Source: Candidatus Eiseniibacteriota bacterium (GTDB lineage: Bacteria > Eisenbacteria > RBG-16-71-46 > JABDJR01). From it: a stretch of DNA of 64,000 bases. A program made the position numbers and the translations under genes. The stretch is from NCBI GenBank assembly GCA_963783375.1, contig CAWANH010000029.1:320001-384000 (forward strand), written 5' to 3'. This document shows positions 19,773 to 27,912 of this stretch, in pieces (the first letter of the stretch is position 1; every line of letters begins with the position of its first letter). A model generated the notes under the pieces. That model worked only from the letters and a program-made list of their open reading frames with translations, searched no databases and was not told the DNA's origin.

Positions 19773-21193
19773 TGAAGAAGCAGGATGCGGCAACGAATCA
19801 CAAGCGATCGAAGGTTCTGGTGGTGGACGACGACGCCAGCATTCTCCACCAGCTCAAGTGGGGATTGGCCGAGGAGTACGAGGTGACCACCGCGGGGGAC
19901 CCTGACGAGGCGTGGGCGAAGGTGGTGGACCAGAAGCCGGACGTGATCACCCTGGACCTGGCCCTGGTGGGGGACGATCCGGAGACCGGTTTCCTTCTCC
20001 TCGACCGCATGATGGCCTTCGACCCTCTGCTCAAGGTGATCCCGGTCACCGGACACGACGCCCGAGCCAACGCCTTGCGAGCGGTGGACCGGGGGGCCTT
20101 CGACTTCTTCACCAAGCCCATCGCCCTGGATGAGCTCCGTATCCTGCTCCGGCGGGCGGCCTCGCTTCGCCGTCTCGAGCAGGAGAACGCCGGTCTCCGC
20201 GAGCGGCTCAGCCGGGAAGGGAGCCTGGGCCGGATCCTGGGCCATTCGACGGAGATCCAGAAGGTGTTCCGGCTGATCCGCAAGGTGGCCTCGGCCGAGG
20301 TCACGGTCCTCATCTCCGGGGATTCCGGAACCGGGAAGGAGCTGGTGGCCCGGGAGATCCATCGCTTGAGCCCGCGAACGGGCCAACCGTTCGTCAGCAT
20401 CAGCTGCGGGGCGATTCCGGAGAACCTGCTGGAGAGCGAGCTGTTCGGCCACGAGAAGGGCTCCTTCACCGACGCCTATGCCTCCCGGGAGGGGAAGCTC
20501 GAGACGGCGAACGGGGGAACGGTGTTCCTGGATGAGATCGGTGAGATGCCGATGTCCCTCCAGGTCAAGATCCTCCGGTTTCTCCAGGAACGCGAGATCG
20601 AGCGCGTGGGGGGACGGAAGGTCATCCCCCTGGACGTGCGCGTCCTCGCCGCCACCAACCGGGACCTGAAAGAGGAAGTGGGCAAGGGTCAGTTCCGCGA
20701 GGATCTTTTCTTCCGGCTTTCGGTGGTCAACATCAACCTTCCTCCGCTTCGCGAACGGAAGGCGGATATCGTCTATCTGGCCGAGTGCTTCCTCGATCGC
20801 TATTCCACCGAGCTCGGCCGGGGAAAGCTCTCCCTGAGCCGCCAGGCCCTGCGGGCGCTGCAGCACTACTCCTGGCCGGGAAACGTGCGGGAGCTGGAGC
20901 ACCGCATCCAGCGCGGGATCGTCCTGTCCCGCGGGCGGGTGATCCGGGCGGAGGACCTGGAACTGGAGGGGGAGGGCGACATGGAACTCTCCAACCTGCG
21001 GGGGGCCCGGGAGGAGGCGGAGCGCAAGGTCGTGAACGAGGCCCTGCGGCGGAACTGCGGCAACATCGCCCGGGCGGCGCGGGACCTGGAGATTTCCCGC
21101 CCCACCCTCCATGATCTTCTGCGTAAGCTGGAGATCAGCGCGGTCGAGTTCAAGAACGGTATCGGACCCCAAGGGAACAAGGAGGGCGTCTAG
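19772..21193 (+). CDS. prsR: PrsR-like sigma54-dependent response regulator (REC-AAA-HTH)
   Basis: VVDDD, VITLDLAL, GDSGTGKE, ESELFGHEKGSFTDA, FLDEIGE, WPGNVREL, ISRPTLHDL. Confidence 0.88.
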   Translation: MKKQDAATNHKRSKVLVVDDDASILHQLKWGLAEEYEVTTAGDPDEAWAKVVDQKPDVITLDLALVGDDPETGFLLLDRMMAFDPLLKVIPVTGHDARANALRAVDRGAFDFFTKPIALDELRILLRRAASLRRLEQENAGLRERLSREGSLGRILGHSTEIQKVFRLIRKVASAEVTVLISGDSGTGKELVAREIHRLSPRTGQPFVSISCGAIPENLLESELFGHEKGSFTDAYASREGKLETANGGTVFLDEIGEMPMSLQVKILRFLQEREIERVGGRKVIPLDVRVLAATNRDLKEEVGKGQFREDLFFRLSVVNINLPPLRERKADIVYLAECFLDRYSTELGRGKLSLSRQALRALQHYSWPGNVRELEHRIQRGIVLSRGRVIRAEDLELEGEGDMELSNLRGAREEAERKVVNEALRRNCGNIARAARDLEISRPTLHDLLRKLEISAVEFKNGIGPQGNKEGV

Positions 21194-22287
21194 TGGGGCG
21201 ACGGATACTGGGAGCGGCGGGAGCGATCGGGCTCGCGCTGATCCTGTGGCAGGGCGTGTCCGAGGCCGCGGGGCCGATCCTGGAATCGCGCCCGCACGGC
21301 GCCGGGGTGACGCTGGAGGGTCCGGTCTCGGTCTCCGGCACCGCGCCCCTCGGGCTGGAGGAGCTACCCCCGGGGCGCTACCGACTCCGGGTCCGGGGTG
21401 GCGGCCTGGTTGCCTCGACCGGGCGCCTCAACCGGGGAGCGGGGGGCCTCGTCACCGTCGGATCCCTCGCCGGACCGGTCTCCCTTCTCCTCCCTCCCGG
21501 ATTTTCCCACTTTCGTCTGGGCGAGACCGGGCGGGGTTGGGTGTTCCTGGCCGGGGGGGCGGCGGGGGCGGCGGGCCTCGTGGTCCAGCAGGTGCGCCTG
21601 GGGGAGGCCGACGACGATGCCGACCGCGGCCGCGTCGCCTACCGGAACGCGGTCTCCGCCGAGGAGTTCAGCCGGGCCCGGCTGGATCTCCTGGCCATCA
21701 ACGATCGAAAGGCGGACGAGGAAACTCTTCGGAACATGTGGGGGGCCTACACCGGCGCGGTCTGGCTGGGGGCGGCGCTGGAGAGCTGGATCCTGACCCC
21801 CCATCCCGGGCTGGTGGACGGGGGGGGGGAGCACTACGTGCTGGAGGTCCAGCGGGCCGGCGGCACGGGGGCGGCGCTCCGGAGCTTCCTGGTCCCCGGC
21901 GCCGGGCAGCGGTACCTCGGACGCGAGGGGCGGGGGAACCGCTTCACCGCGGCCGTCTTGGCGCTGGGGGCGGGCTCGATCGCCGCCCACGACGCCTTCC
22001 TGAAGGCCCGTCGGGACCAGAACGACGCTCAACGTCGCTACGAAGCGGCCGAAACCGAACGGGAGGCCCTCCGATGGCGGAACCGCCTGGGGGATGAGGT
22101 CGATCGGACCCGCAACTGGGATCGGGTGCGATGGGGCATGGTGGGGGCCACGGTGGGAGTCTACATCTGGAACGTGTTCGACGCGGCCCTGGAGGGGAGC
22201 GCGACCGCACCTCCCTCCGACGTGGGTTGGAACCTGGTTCCACGGCGCGATGGGTTTCGAGCCGGGCTGACCTGGAGGATTTCTTGA
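21193..22287 (+). CDS. Exported hypothetical protein with PEGA-like N-terminus and two DUF5683-like segments
   Basis: Signal peptide; GTAPLGLEELPPGRYRL; duplicated LLPPGFSHFRLGETGRG / FLVPGAGQRYLGREGRG; coupled to both neighbours. Confidence 0.6.
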   Translation: MGRRILGAAGAIGLALILWQGVSEAAGPILESRPHGAGVTLEGPVSVSGTAPLGLEELPPGRYRLRVRGGGLVASTGRLNRGAGGLVTVGSLAGPVSLLLPPGFSHFRLGETGRGWVFLAGGAAGAAGLVVQQVRLGEADDDADRGRVAYRNAVSAEEFSRARLDLLAINDRKADEETLRNMWGAYTGAVWLGAALESWILTPHPGLVDGGGEHYVLEVQRAGGTGAALRSFLVPGAGQRYLGREGRGNRFTAAVLALGAGSIAAHDAFLKARRDQNDAQRRYEAAETEREALRWRNRLGDEVDRTRNWDRVRWGMVGATVGVYIWNVFDAALEGSATAPPSDVGWNLVPRRDGFRAGLTWRIS

Positions 22288-24155
22288 TGCGCGTTCGGCA
22301 TTGCGGCACGTTGGTCGCCGCGCTGATCCTCGTTGCGGGATGCTCGACCCGGACCACCGATCCGGTCTTCGACAATCCCCTCGATCCCGGGAGCGGGACC
22401 CGGCTCTCCCCTCCCCGCGCGGTCAACGCGGAGGTGGGCAACAACCGGGTGAGACTCTCCTGGACCCCTCCGGACGGGGTCGCGGTCGACGAGTACGCGA
22501 TCTTCCGCACGCGCACCGACGGCGACCCTCCCCACGACACCAGGCTGGTGGCCCAGCCGAGCGACACGACCTATGACGACGCCGACGTCCGCAACGGCCG
22601 GAGCTACTCCTACGAGATCGCGTCCGGGAAAGCCGGCAAGTTCGGCGAGCGCACCGAGGCGGTGGAGGTGGGCCCCGGCCTGTTCACGCTGGTGATCTCC
22701 GGCGACGCCCCCAGCGTGAAGGACGTGGCGGTACAGATTTCGGTGGGGGGGCCTGCGGCCACCGAGGCGGTGGAGCTTTCGGAGGATCCGGGATTCCCCG
22801 GCGCATCCTGGCGACGGATGGCCTCGACCCTCACCTGGACCCTGAGCCCGGGAGACGGGGAGAAGACGGTGTACGCCCGCTTTCGTCTCGCCGACGGCAC
22901 CGAGTCGTTCCCGGTCTTCGACACCGTGAACCTGGACACCCGCGCGGTGATCCGCTCGGTGAGCTTCGACGGGGATCCGGTGCGAACTCCGGGAGAGTCC
23001 ATCCACTTCCGGATCGACGCGGGAGAGCCCGACGGGACGGCCACCATCGACGTGTCCGGACTCTTCGGGGGGTTCCCTCTCTTCGACGATGGGACCTCCG
23101 GGGACCCGACGGCGGGGGACGGGGTCTACGAGCGCGACGCGACCATTCCCGGCGGCACGACCACCCTGGCCGCCGCGGTGCGGGGGCGGTTCACCGACGC
23201 CGCCGGCAACACGGCCGCCCAGATGGACGCCCCCCGCACCCTGAGCGTGCGGGCCGCGCCCCAGGCGGTCACCCTCCTGGATCTCACCGCGTCTCCGCCG
23301 CCGGATCCGGCCCAGGTGGTGATCCGGTGGACCCAGAGCCTGGACAGCGATTTCGCGTCGTACCTGGTCTACCGGGATACCACCGACGTCGTCGATCCTT
23401 CCGACCCCCTCGCCGGCACGATCACCGGCCGGTCCACGGTCTCCGTGACCGACAGCGGCCTCGAGGAGGGAGTGACCTATCGGTACCGGGTCTACGTCCG
23501 CACCTCGCTGGGGCTGGAGACCGGGTCCAACACCGTCGCGGTCACCGTGCCCAACGTGAGACCCCCGTCGGCGGTCCGGTTGAGCGATCCCGACGGCATC
23601 GCCTACACGCGGCTGGCCCTGTCCTGGACGCGGAACCCGGAGCTCGATTTCGCGGCCTACCGGGTCTACCGGAACGAGGACGGCGCGGTGGACGACGGCG
23701 ACCTCCTGGTGGGGGAGATCGCGGACCGGGAGCACACCTACCTGGACGACGGAGGCCTAGTGGAAAACACGGTCTACCACTACCGGGTCTATACGGTGGA
23801 CACCGCCGGGCTGACCGCCCGGAGCAACGAGGTGGAAGGGAGAACGGATAACCAGAAACCCCCGTCGGTAACGCTCGACGCGGCCTCGGCGGTGGTGGAC
23901 ACCGCGGCTACCTTGACCTGGAGCCAGAGCGACGCGCACGATTTCGCCAGCTACCGCCTGTACCGGTCCGAGAGCCCCTCGGTGAGCTCGTCCTCGGTGC
24001 TGGTGAGCGAGATCTCCGATCGGGACGGGACCTCCTACCGGGACAAGGGTTTGGTCAAGGCGACCCACTACTATTATCGGGTATTCGTGGTGGACGACGG
24101 GCCGAGCCCCGAGAGCTCGGGCAGTAACGTCGTGGATCTCACCACGCCGAATTGA
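22287..24155 (+). CDS. Fibronectin type III repeat lipoprotein
   Basis: Lipobox LVAGC then FDNPLDP; repeats W.QS...DFA.Y..YR...D.GL....Y.YRV...SN; LFDDGTSGDPTAGDGVY motif. Confidence 0.8.
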   Translation: MRVRHCGTLVAALILVAGCSTRTTDPVFDNPLDPGSGTRLSPPRAVNAEVGNNRVRLSWTPPDGVAVDEYAIFRTRTDGDPPHDTRLVAQPSDTTYDDADVRNGRSYSYEIASGKAGKFGERTEAVEVGPGLFTLVISGDAPSVKDVAVQISVGGPAATEAVELSEDPGFPGASWRRMASTLTWTLSPGDGEKTVYARFRLADGTESFPVFDTVNLDTRAVIRSVSFDGDPVRTPGESIHFRIDAGEPDGTATIDVSGLFGGFPLFDDGTSGDPTAGDGVYERDATIPGGTTTLAAAVRGRFTDAAGNTAAQMDAPRTLSVRAAPQAVTLLDLTASPPPDPAQVVIRWTQSLDSDFASYLVYRDTTDVVDPSDPLAGTITGRSTVSVTDSGLEEGVTYRYRVYVRTSLGLETGSNTVAVTVPNVRPPSAVRLSDPDGIAYTRLALSWTRNPELDFAAYRVYRNEDGAVDDGDLLVGEIADREHTYLDDGGLVENTVYHYRVYTVDTAGLTARSNEVEGRTDNQKPPSVTLDAASAVVDTAATLTWSQSDAHDFASYRLYRSESPSVSSSSVLVSEISDRDGTSYRDKGLVKATHYYYRVFVVDDGPSPESSGSNVVDLTTPN

Positions 24156-24195
24156 TCCGGGCCGGGCATCGGTCCGGAATCGTTTCGGGCCCGAC

Positions 24196-24975
24196 ATGGA
24201 CGGAGAACGGGTGATGGCTTCGGCGCGGAGAAACACCGACACCGGAGCCCCCGGCGGGGGGGGCATGGTCCCGGACTCCGTCGACCCCGCCATGGACCCC
24301 CTGTGGCGACGGATTCTGGAGAGCGTGACGGCGGCGGTACTCCTGGCCATTCTTCTTCCGGTGCTCGTTCTGGTGGCCGTCGCCATCAAGGTGGAATCCC
24401 CCGGGGGAGGCATCCTGTACCGCCAGGAGCGGGTGGGGCTCAATCGGCGGCGTTTGGGAGGCTCGTCCGGCCCGGCGGCGGGGCACGGCGCCATTACCGT
24501 CCGGGACCGGCGCGAACGCCGGAGCCGCCCCTCGGCGGGGAAGCCGTTCCGGATCTGGAAATTCCGCACCATGGTTCCCGACGCGGAGAGCCGGACCGGT
24601 CCGGTGTGGGCCACCCACGACGACCCGCGGGTCACCCGGGTGGGCTGGTTCCTCCGCATGACCCGGCTGGACGAGCTGCCCCAGCTCCTGAACGTGCTCC
24701 GCGGGGAGATGCGGCTGGTGGGGCCGCGGCCGGAGCGCCCCCACTTCGTGGATCAGCTGGTGGAGGGCGTTCCCGGCTATCGCCGCCGCCTGAGCGTCCC
24801 TCCGGGCATCACCGGGCTGGCCCAGGTGGAGCGGGCCTACGACGAGGACCTGGACGACGTCCGCACCAAGCTCCGCTACGATCTCTTCTACATCGAGAAC
24901 CGGAAGCCGATCCTGGACGTCAAGATCCTGCTCAAGACCCTGTCGGTGGTGTTCGGCCGGCGCGGCGCCCGCTGA
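24196..24975 (+). CDS. Priming sugar transferase (undecaprenyl-phosphate phosphoglycosyltransferase, Bac_transf)
   Basis: YRQERVG, KFRTM, DPRVTRVGWFLRMTRLDELPQLLNVLRGEM.LVGPRPE, PGITGLAQV. Confidence 0.93.
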   Translation: MDGERVMASARRNTDTGAPGGGGMVPDSVDPAMDPLWRRILESVTAAVLLAILLPVLVLVAVAIKVESPGGGILYRQERVGLNRRRLGGSSGPAAGHGAITVRDRRERRSRPSAGKPFRIWKFRTMVPDAESRTGPVWATHDDPRVTRVGWFLRMTRLDELPQLLNVLRGEMRLVGPRPERPHFVDQLVEGVPGYRRRLSVPPGITGLAQVERAYDEDLDDVRTKLRYDLFYIENRKPILDVKILLKTLSVVFGRRGAR

Positions 24976-24990
24976 GTCGCGGGCGCCCGG

Positions 24991-25698
24991 CTACATCTGG
25001 CCGAAGGCCGGGATAAAGGACTTCAGGACCACCAGGATGATGCTCCAGATCACCCAGGCCCCGACCACGCCTCCCGTCGCCTTCTTCACGTCGAGCCGCC
25101 CCATCACCGAGACCACCAGGACCGCCAGGGCCAGGGTCCACAGGCCGAAGACGTCGAACTGCGCAAGCACGTGGTAGAAGGGCCCCTGGGGTGCGTCCGG
25201 GGGAAGCAGGGCGGCGAGGCTGGTCTTGATGTTCACGTCGTGCTTGATGAGGCTCAGGGGCAGGCGGACGATGAGGGTAGGAATGGCCACCATGTTCATG
25301 TAAGCGGTGCCGCAGACCATCTGCTTGAAACGGGCGTCCCCTCCGAGAACCACGTTTCCCACGAAGAACAGGATCCCCGCCACCACGAACACGATCACCG
25401 GGATGCCCACCGCGGCACCGATGGGAGCGGTGATGCGGGTGATCTGGGCGGTCTTGTCGATCTGCTCCTGGGTCACGTTCGGGCGGGATTGGATCTTCTC
25501 GATCTGGCTCTCCACGATGAGATCGCTGAGGGCCAGGGTGGCGAGTATGTTGATCACCACCAGAACGAGGATGGCGCCGAGGACCCGCGGATGGTCCCGG
25601 AGGGATTCGAGCGTCTGTCGCGGGGAAACCAGGATCCCCCAGATGCGCTGGAGGAGATTGAGTTCGGGGGTTTCCGAGGGAGTGAGCGTCGCTTCCAT
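24991..25698 (-). CDS. Yip1-family membrane protein
   Basis: RIWGILVSPRQTLESL, about 5 TMs, TSLAALL, FDVFGLW; SD GGAGGA. Confidence 0.85.
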   Translation of the reverse strand: MEATLTPSETPELNLLQRIWGILVSPRQTLESLRDHPRVLGAILVLVVINILATLALSDLIVESQIEKIQSRPNVTQEQIDKTAQITRITAPIGAAVGIPVIVFVVAGILFFVGNVVLGGDARFKQMVCGTAYMNMVAIPTLIVRLPLSLIKHDVNIKTSLAALLPPDAPQGPFYHVLAQFDVFGLWTLALAVLVVSVMGRLDVKKATGGVVGAWVIWSIILVVLKSFIPAFGQM

Positions 25699-25725
25699 GT
25701 TGTCCTCCGTGCAAGGGGCAGCCGC

Positions 25726-25754
25726 ACTCTAGGTAGGGGTGCCTGTCCTGTCAA
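25726..25754 (-). promoter_or_regulatory. Candidate sigma70 promoter for the Yip1 gene
   Basis: Minus strand TTGACA-N17-TAGAGT. Confidence 0.65.
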
Positions 25755-25925
25755 GGTAGGGGAGACGGCGGGTGGGGCCCGGGAGCGGTGAGGTGGCTTC
25801 CTGACCGCTCCGGAGGGGGGGGTCGGCTCCCCGATGCACGCTCTCTCCTTCCATGCGCCTCCCCGGCCCCGGCCCGGCTCGCCGGAGCGCTGAGGCGAAG
25901 TGCTAAATCGAAGCGGGAACGTGCG

Positions 25926-25956
25926 TTGACACCCTCCCGCCGGCATGGTGTATACT
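25926..25956 (+). promoter_or_regulatory. Possible sigma70 promoter upstream of the OM-barrel operon
   Basis: TTGACA-N19-TATACT; spacer longer than optimal. Confidence 0.4.
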
Positions 25957-25976
25957 GCGCCCGGTTTGCATCGGGC

Positions 25977-26010
25977 TTGCCGCCGGGCGCATAGTCGGCG
26001 GCAGTTTTTT
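25977..26010 (+). terminator. Intrinsic terminator-like hairpin in the leader of the 26116 operon
   Basis: TTGCCGCCGG / 8-nt loop / TCGGCGGCAG followed by T6. Confidence 0.6.
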
Positions 26011-26115
26011 CGGTCGTCTCCGGTTCCCTGGTCGGTCCCCCCTCGGGCAGTCCCGAGGCCTTCCCGCTCCGGGAGGGCCATGGCCGCGTGAACGGTCCGC
26101 GAAGGAGCTTAGTCC

Positions 26116-27096
26116 ATGATCCGAAGGCAGGTTCGATACCCGGCGCTCCTCCTCGCCATCCTCACCCTGGTTCTGGGGGCCATGCCCGCCCGAGCGCAGT
26201 TGGTGGATGAGGAAGGGGTGGGAAAGCTCACCATCGGAGGAGGGCTGGGGTTCCAGCTCACCTCCATGTCCGACGTCAACGGGAACTTCGACATCGCCAA
26301 CCGCGCCCTCACCTACGGGGGGATGCGAACGATCGACAAGGTCAGGGTGGGGGTCGTCAGCAACCTGGACATCCGCTACAAGCTGGGTCAGACCCCCTCC
26401 GAGGAGCCGGGGGAGACGGTGCCCTTCCTGAAGCGTCTCTCCGTCGGATTCGCCTGGGGCGCCATCAACGCCCGGAGCGGGTTCAGCACCACCCGGGCGG
26501 GGGTTCGCTTCTACACCCGTTCCACGACCTACTATCCCTACGTCCTCTACCACTTCCCGTTCCTCGAGAACGTGGCCCCGCGAACCTCCCTCTACGCCGG
26601 AGGGGGTCCCCTCTTCCTGAAGGCGGGCGTCGTGGACTGGGGTCTCACGGACATGAGCATCAACAACTTCCTTCCCGGTCCCGAAGGGGACCTGGCGGAG
26701 TTCTCCGGAAAGGGGACGGCCACGGGCACCGGCACCGGCCTGGTGCTCATGGGAGGGGGATCGTTCCAGCTCAACAATCGGCTCTCGGTCGCCGTGGACG
26801 CCGGGTATCGGCTGGCCAAGCTCGCCAACCTCGAGCTCCAGGAGGCGGTGGGGGACACCGAGCGCTTCATCGGCAGCGACATCCCCGGCCAGAACGTGAT
26901 CCGCGAACCCGGGGACTGGGCGATCATCGACTTCTTCATGAGGGATCCGAATGCGGTCTGGGACGGTAGGAAGAGAACGGACCCCAAGGACCAGGGCGGC
27001 TGCGCCGACTGCCCGCTCTACTATTCCGGGGACCCCCTCAAGGTAGACTATAGCGGGCTGTTCGCCACGCTGAGCTTGCGGGTACATTTCTTCTAG
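26116..27096 (+). CDS. Outer-membrane beta-barrel protein, unknown family
   Basis: Signal peptide ending ARA, amphipathic strands (SLYAGGGPLF, VAVDAGYR), C-terminal beta-signal FATLSLRVHFF; SD AAGGAG. Confidence 0.75.
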   Translation: MIRRQVRYPALLLAILTLVLGAMPARAQLVDEEGVGKLTIGGGLGFQLTSMSDVNGNFDIANRALTYGGMRTIDKVRVGVVSNLDIRYKLGQTPSEEPGETVPFLKRLSVGFAWGAINARSGFSTTRAGVRFYTRSTTYYPYVLYHFPFLENVAPRTSLYAGGGPLFLKAGVVDWGLTDMSINNFLPGPEGDLAEFSGKGTATGTGTGLVLMGGGSFQLNNRLSVAVDAGYRLAKLANLELQEAVGDTERFIGSDIPGQNVIREPGDWAIIDFFMRDPNAVWDGRKRTDPKDQGGCADCPLYYSGDPLKVDYSGLFATLSLRVHFF

Positions 27097-27132
27097 ACCG
27101 GCCGGGAACCGGCAGAACCACCACGTGAAACC

Positions 27133-27912
27133 ATGAAAAGACGCCACCGGATCTCCATCGCCTTCGTATTGACCCTGGCCGCCCTCGGTGGGTGCGGAAG
27201 GGGAAAGCCCGACCAGGGTTCTCCTCCTTCCTCGGGATCGGAAAACGCCGCCCTCGCCCCCGATACCGCCGCGGCTTCCGCGCCGGCCCCGGATCCGCGC
27301 CTCGAGGATCCCGGGTATCTCCGCACCCTCCCCCCGTCTCCGGAGGTGGAGATGGCCATGGGGAAGGCCTTCCTGGAGCGGGGGGAAGCGGACAGCGCTC
27401 TCGTCCACTGCCGGCGGGCCACCGAGATGGCTCCGGAGAACGCCGACACCTGGAACTTCCTCGGGATCACCCTCGGCCGCCTCGATCGCCTCCCCGAGGC
27501 CAAACAGGCGCTGCAGAAGGCGCTGGACCTCGACTCGGTCAACGACAAGAGCCACATCAATATGGGCAACATCCTCCTCCGGCAGGGGAAGCTCGAGGAG
27601 GCCAAGTCGGAGTACCTGATCGCCACCACCATCGACTCCACCCACGCCACCGTCTGGATGAACCTGGCCATGGTGTACGAGAAGGAAAAGGATCTCAACA
27701 AGGCCATCCTGGCCTACGACTCCGCCATCCGTCACGCCCCCGACGACGCGGATCCCTGGGAGCGGTTGGGCAATCTCTACTTCAGCCGGAACCTCTACCG
27801 GGTGGCGCAGCAAAGCTGGGAAGAAGCGTTGAAGCGCGACCCCTCCCGCACCCAGCTGCGGGAGAACGTCGAAAAGCTCAAGGCCTTCGCGGATTCCACC
27901 AGAACTCGATGA
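27133..27912 (+). CDS. TPR-repeat lipoprotein
   Basis: Lipobox LGGC; canonical TPRs (ADTWNFLGITL, SHINMGNIL, VWMNLAMVY, PWERLGNLY). Confidence 0.88.
   Translation: MKRRHRISIAFVLTLAALGGCGRGKPDQGSPPSSGSENAALAPDTAAASAPAPDPRLEDPGYLRTLPPSPEVEMAMGKAFLERGEADSALVHCRRATEMAPENADTWNFLGITLGRLDRLPEAKQALQKALDLDSVNDKSHINMGNILLRQGKLEEAKSEYLIATTIDSTHATVWMNLAMVYEKEKDLNKAILAYDSAIRHAPDDADPWERLGNLYFSRNLYRVAQQSWEEALKRDPSRTQLRENVEKLKAFADSTRTR

Noticed and set aside
21820-21829. G10 tract (and G8 at 648-655) as phase-variation sites
   Set aside because: Reading frames are intact and G/C runs are common in this sequence
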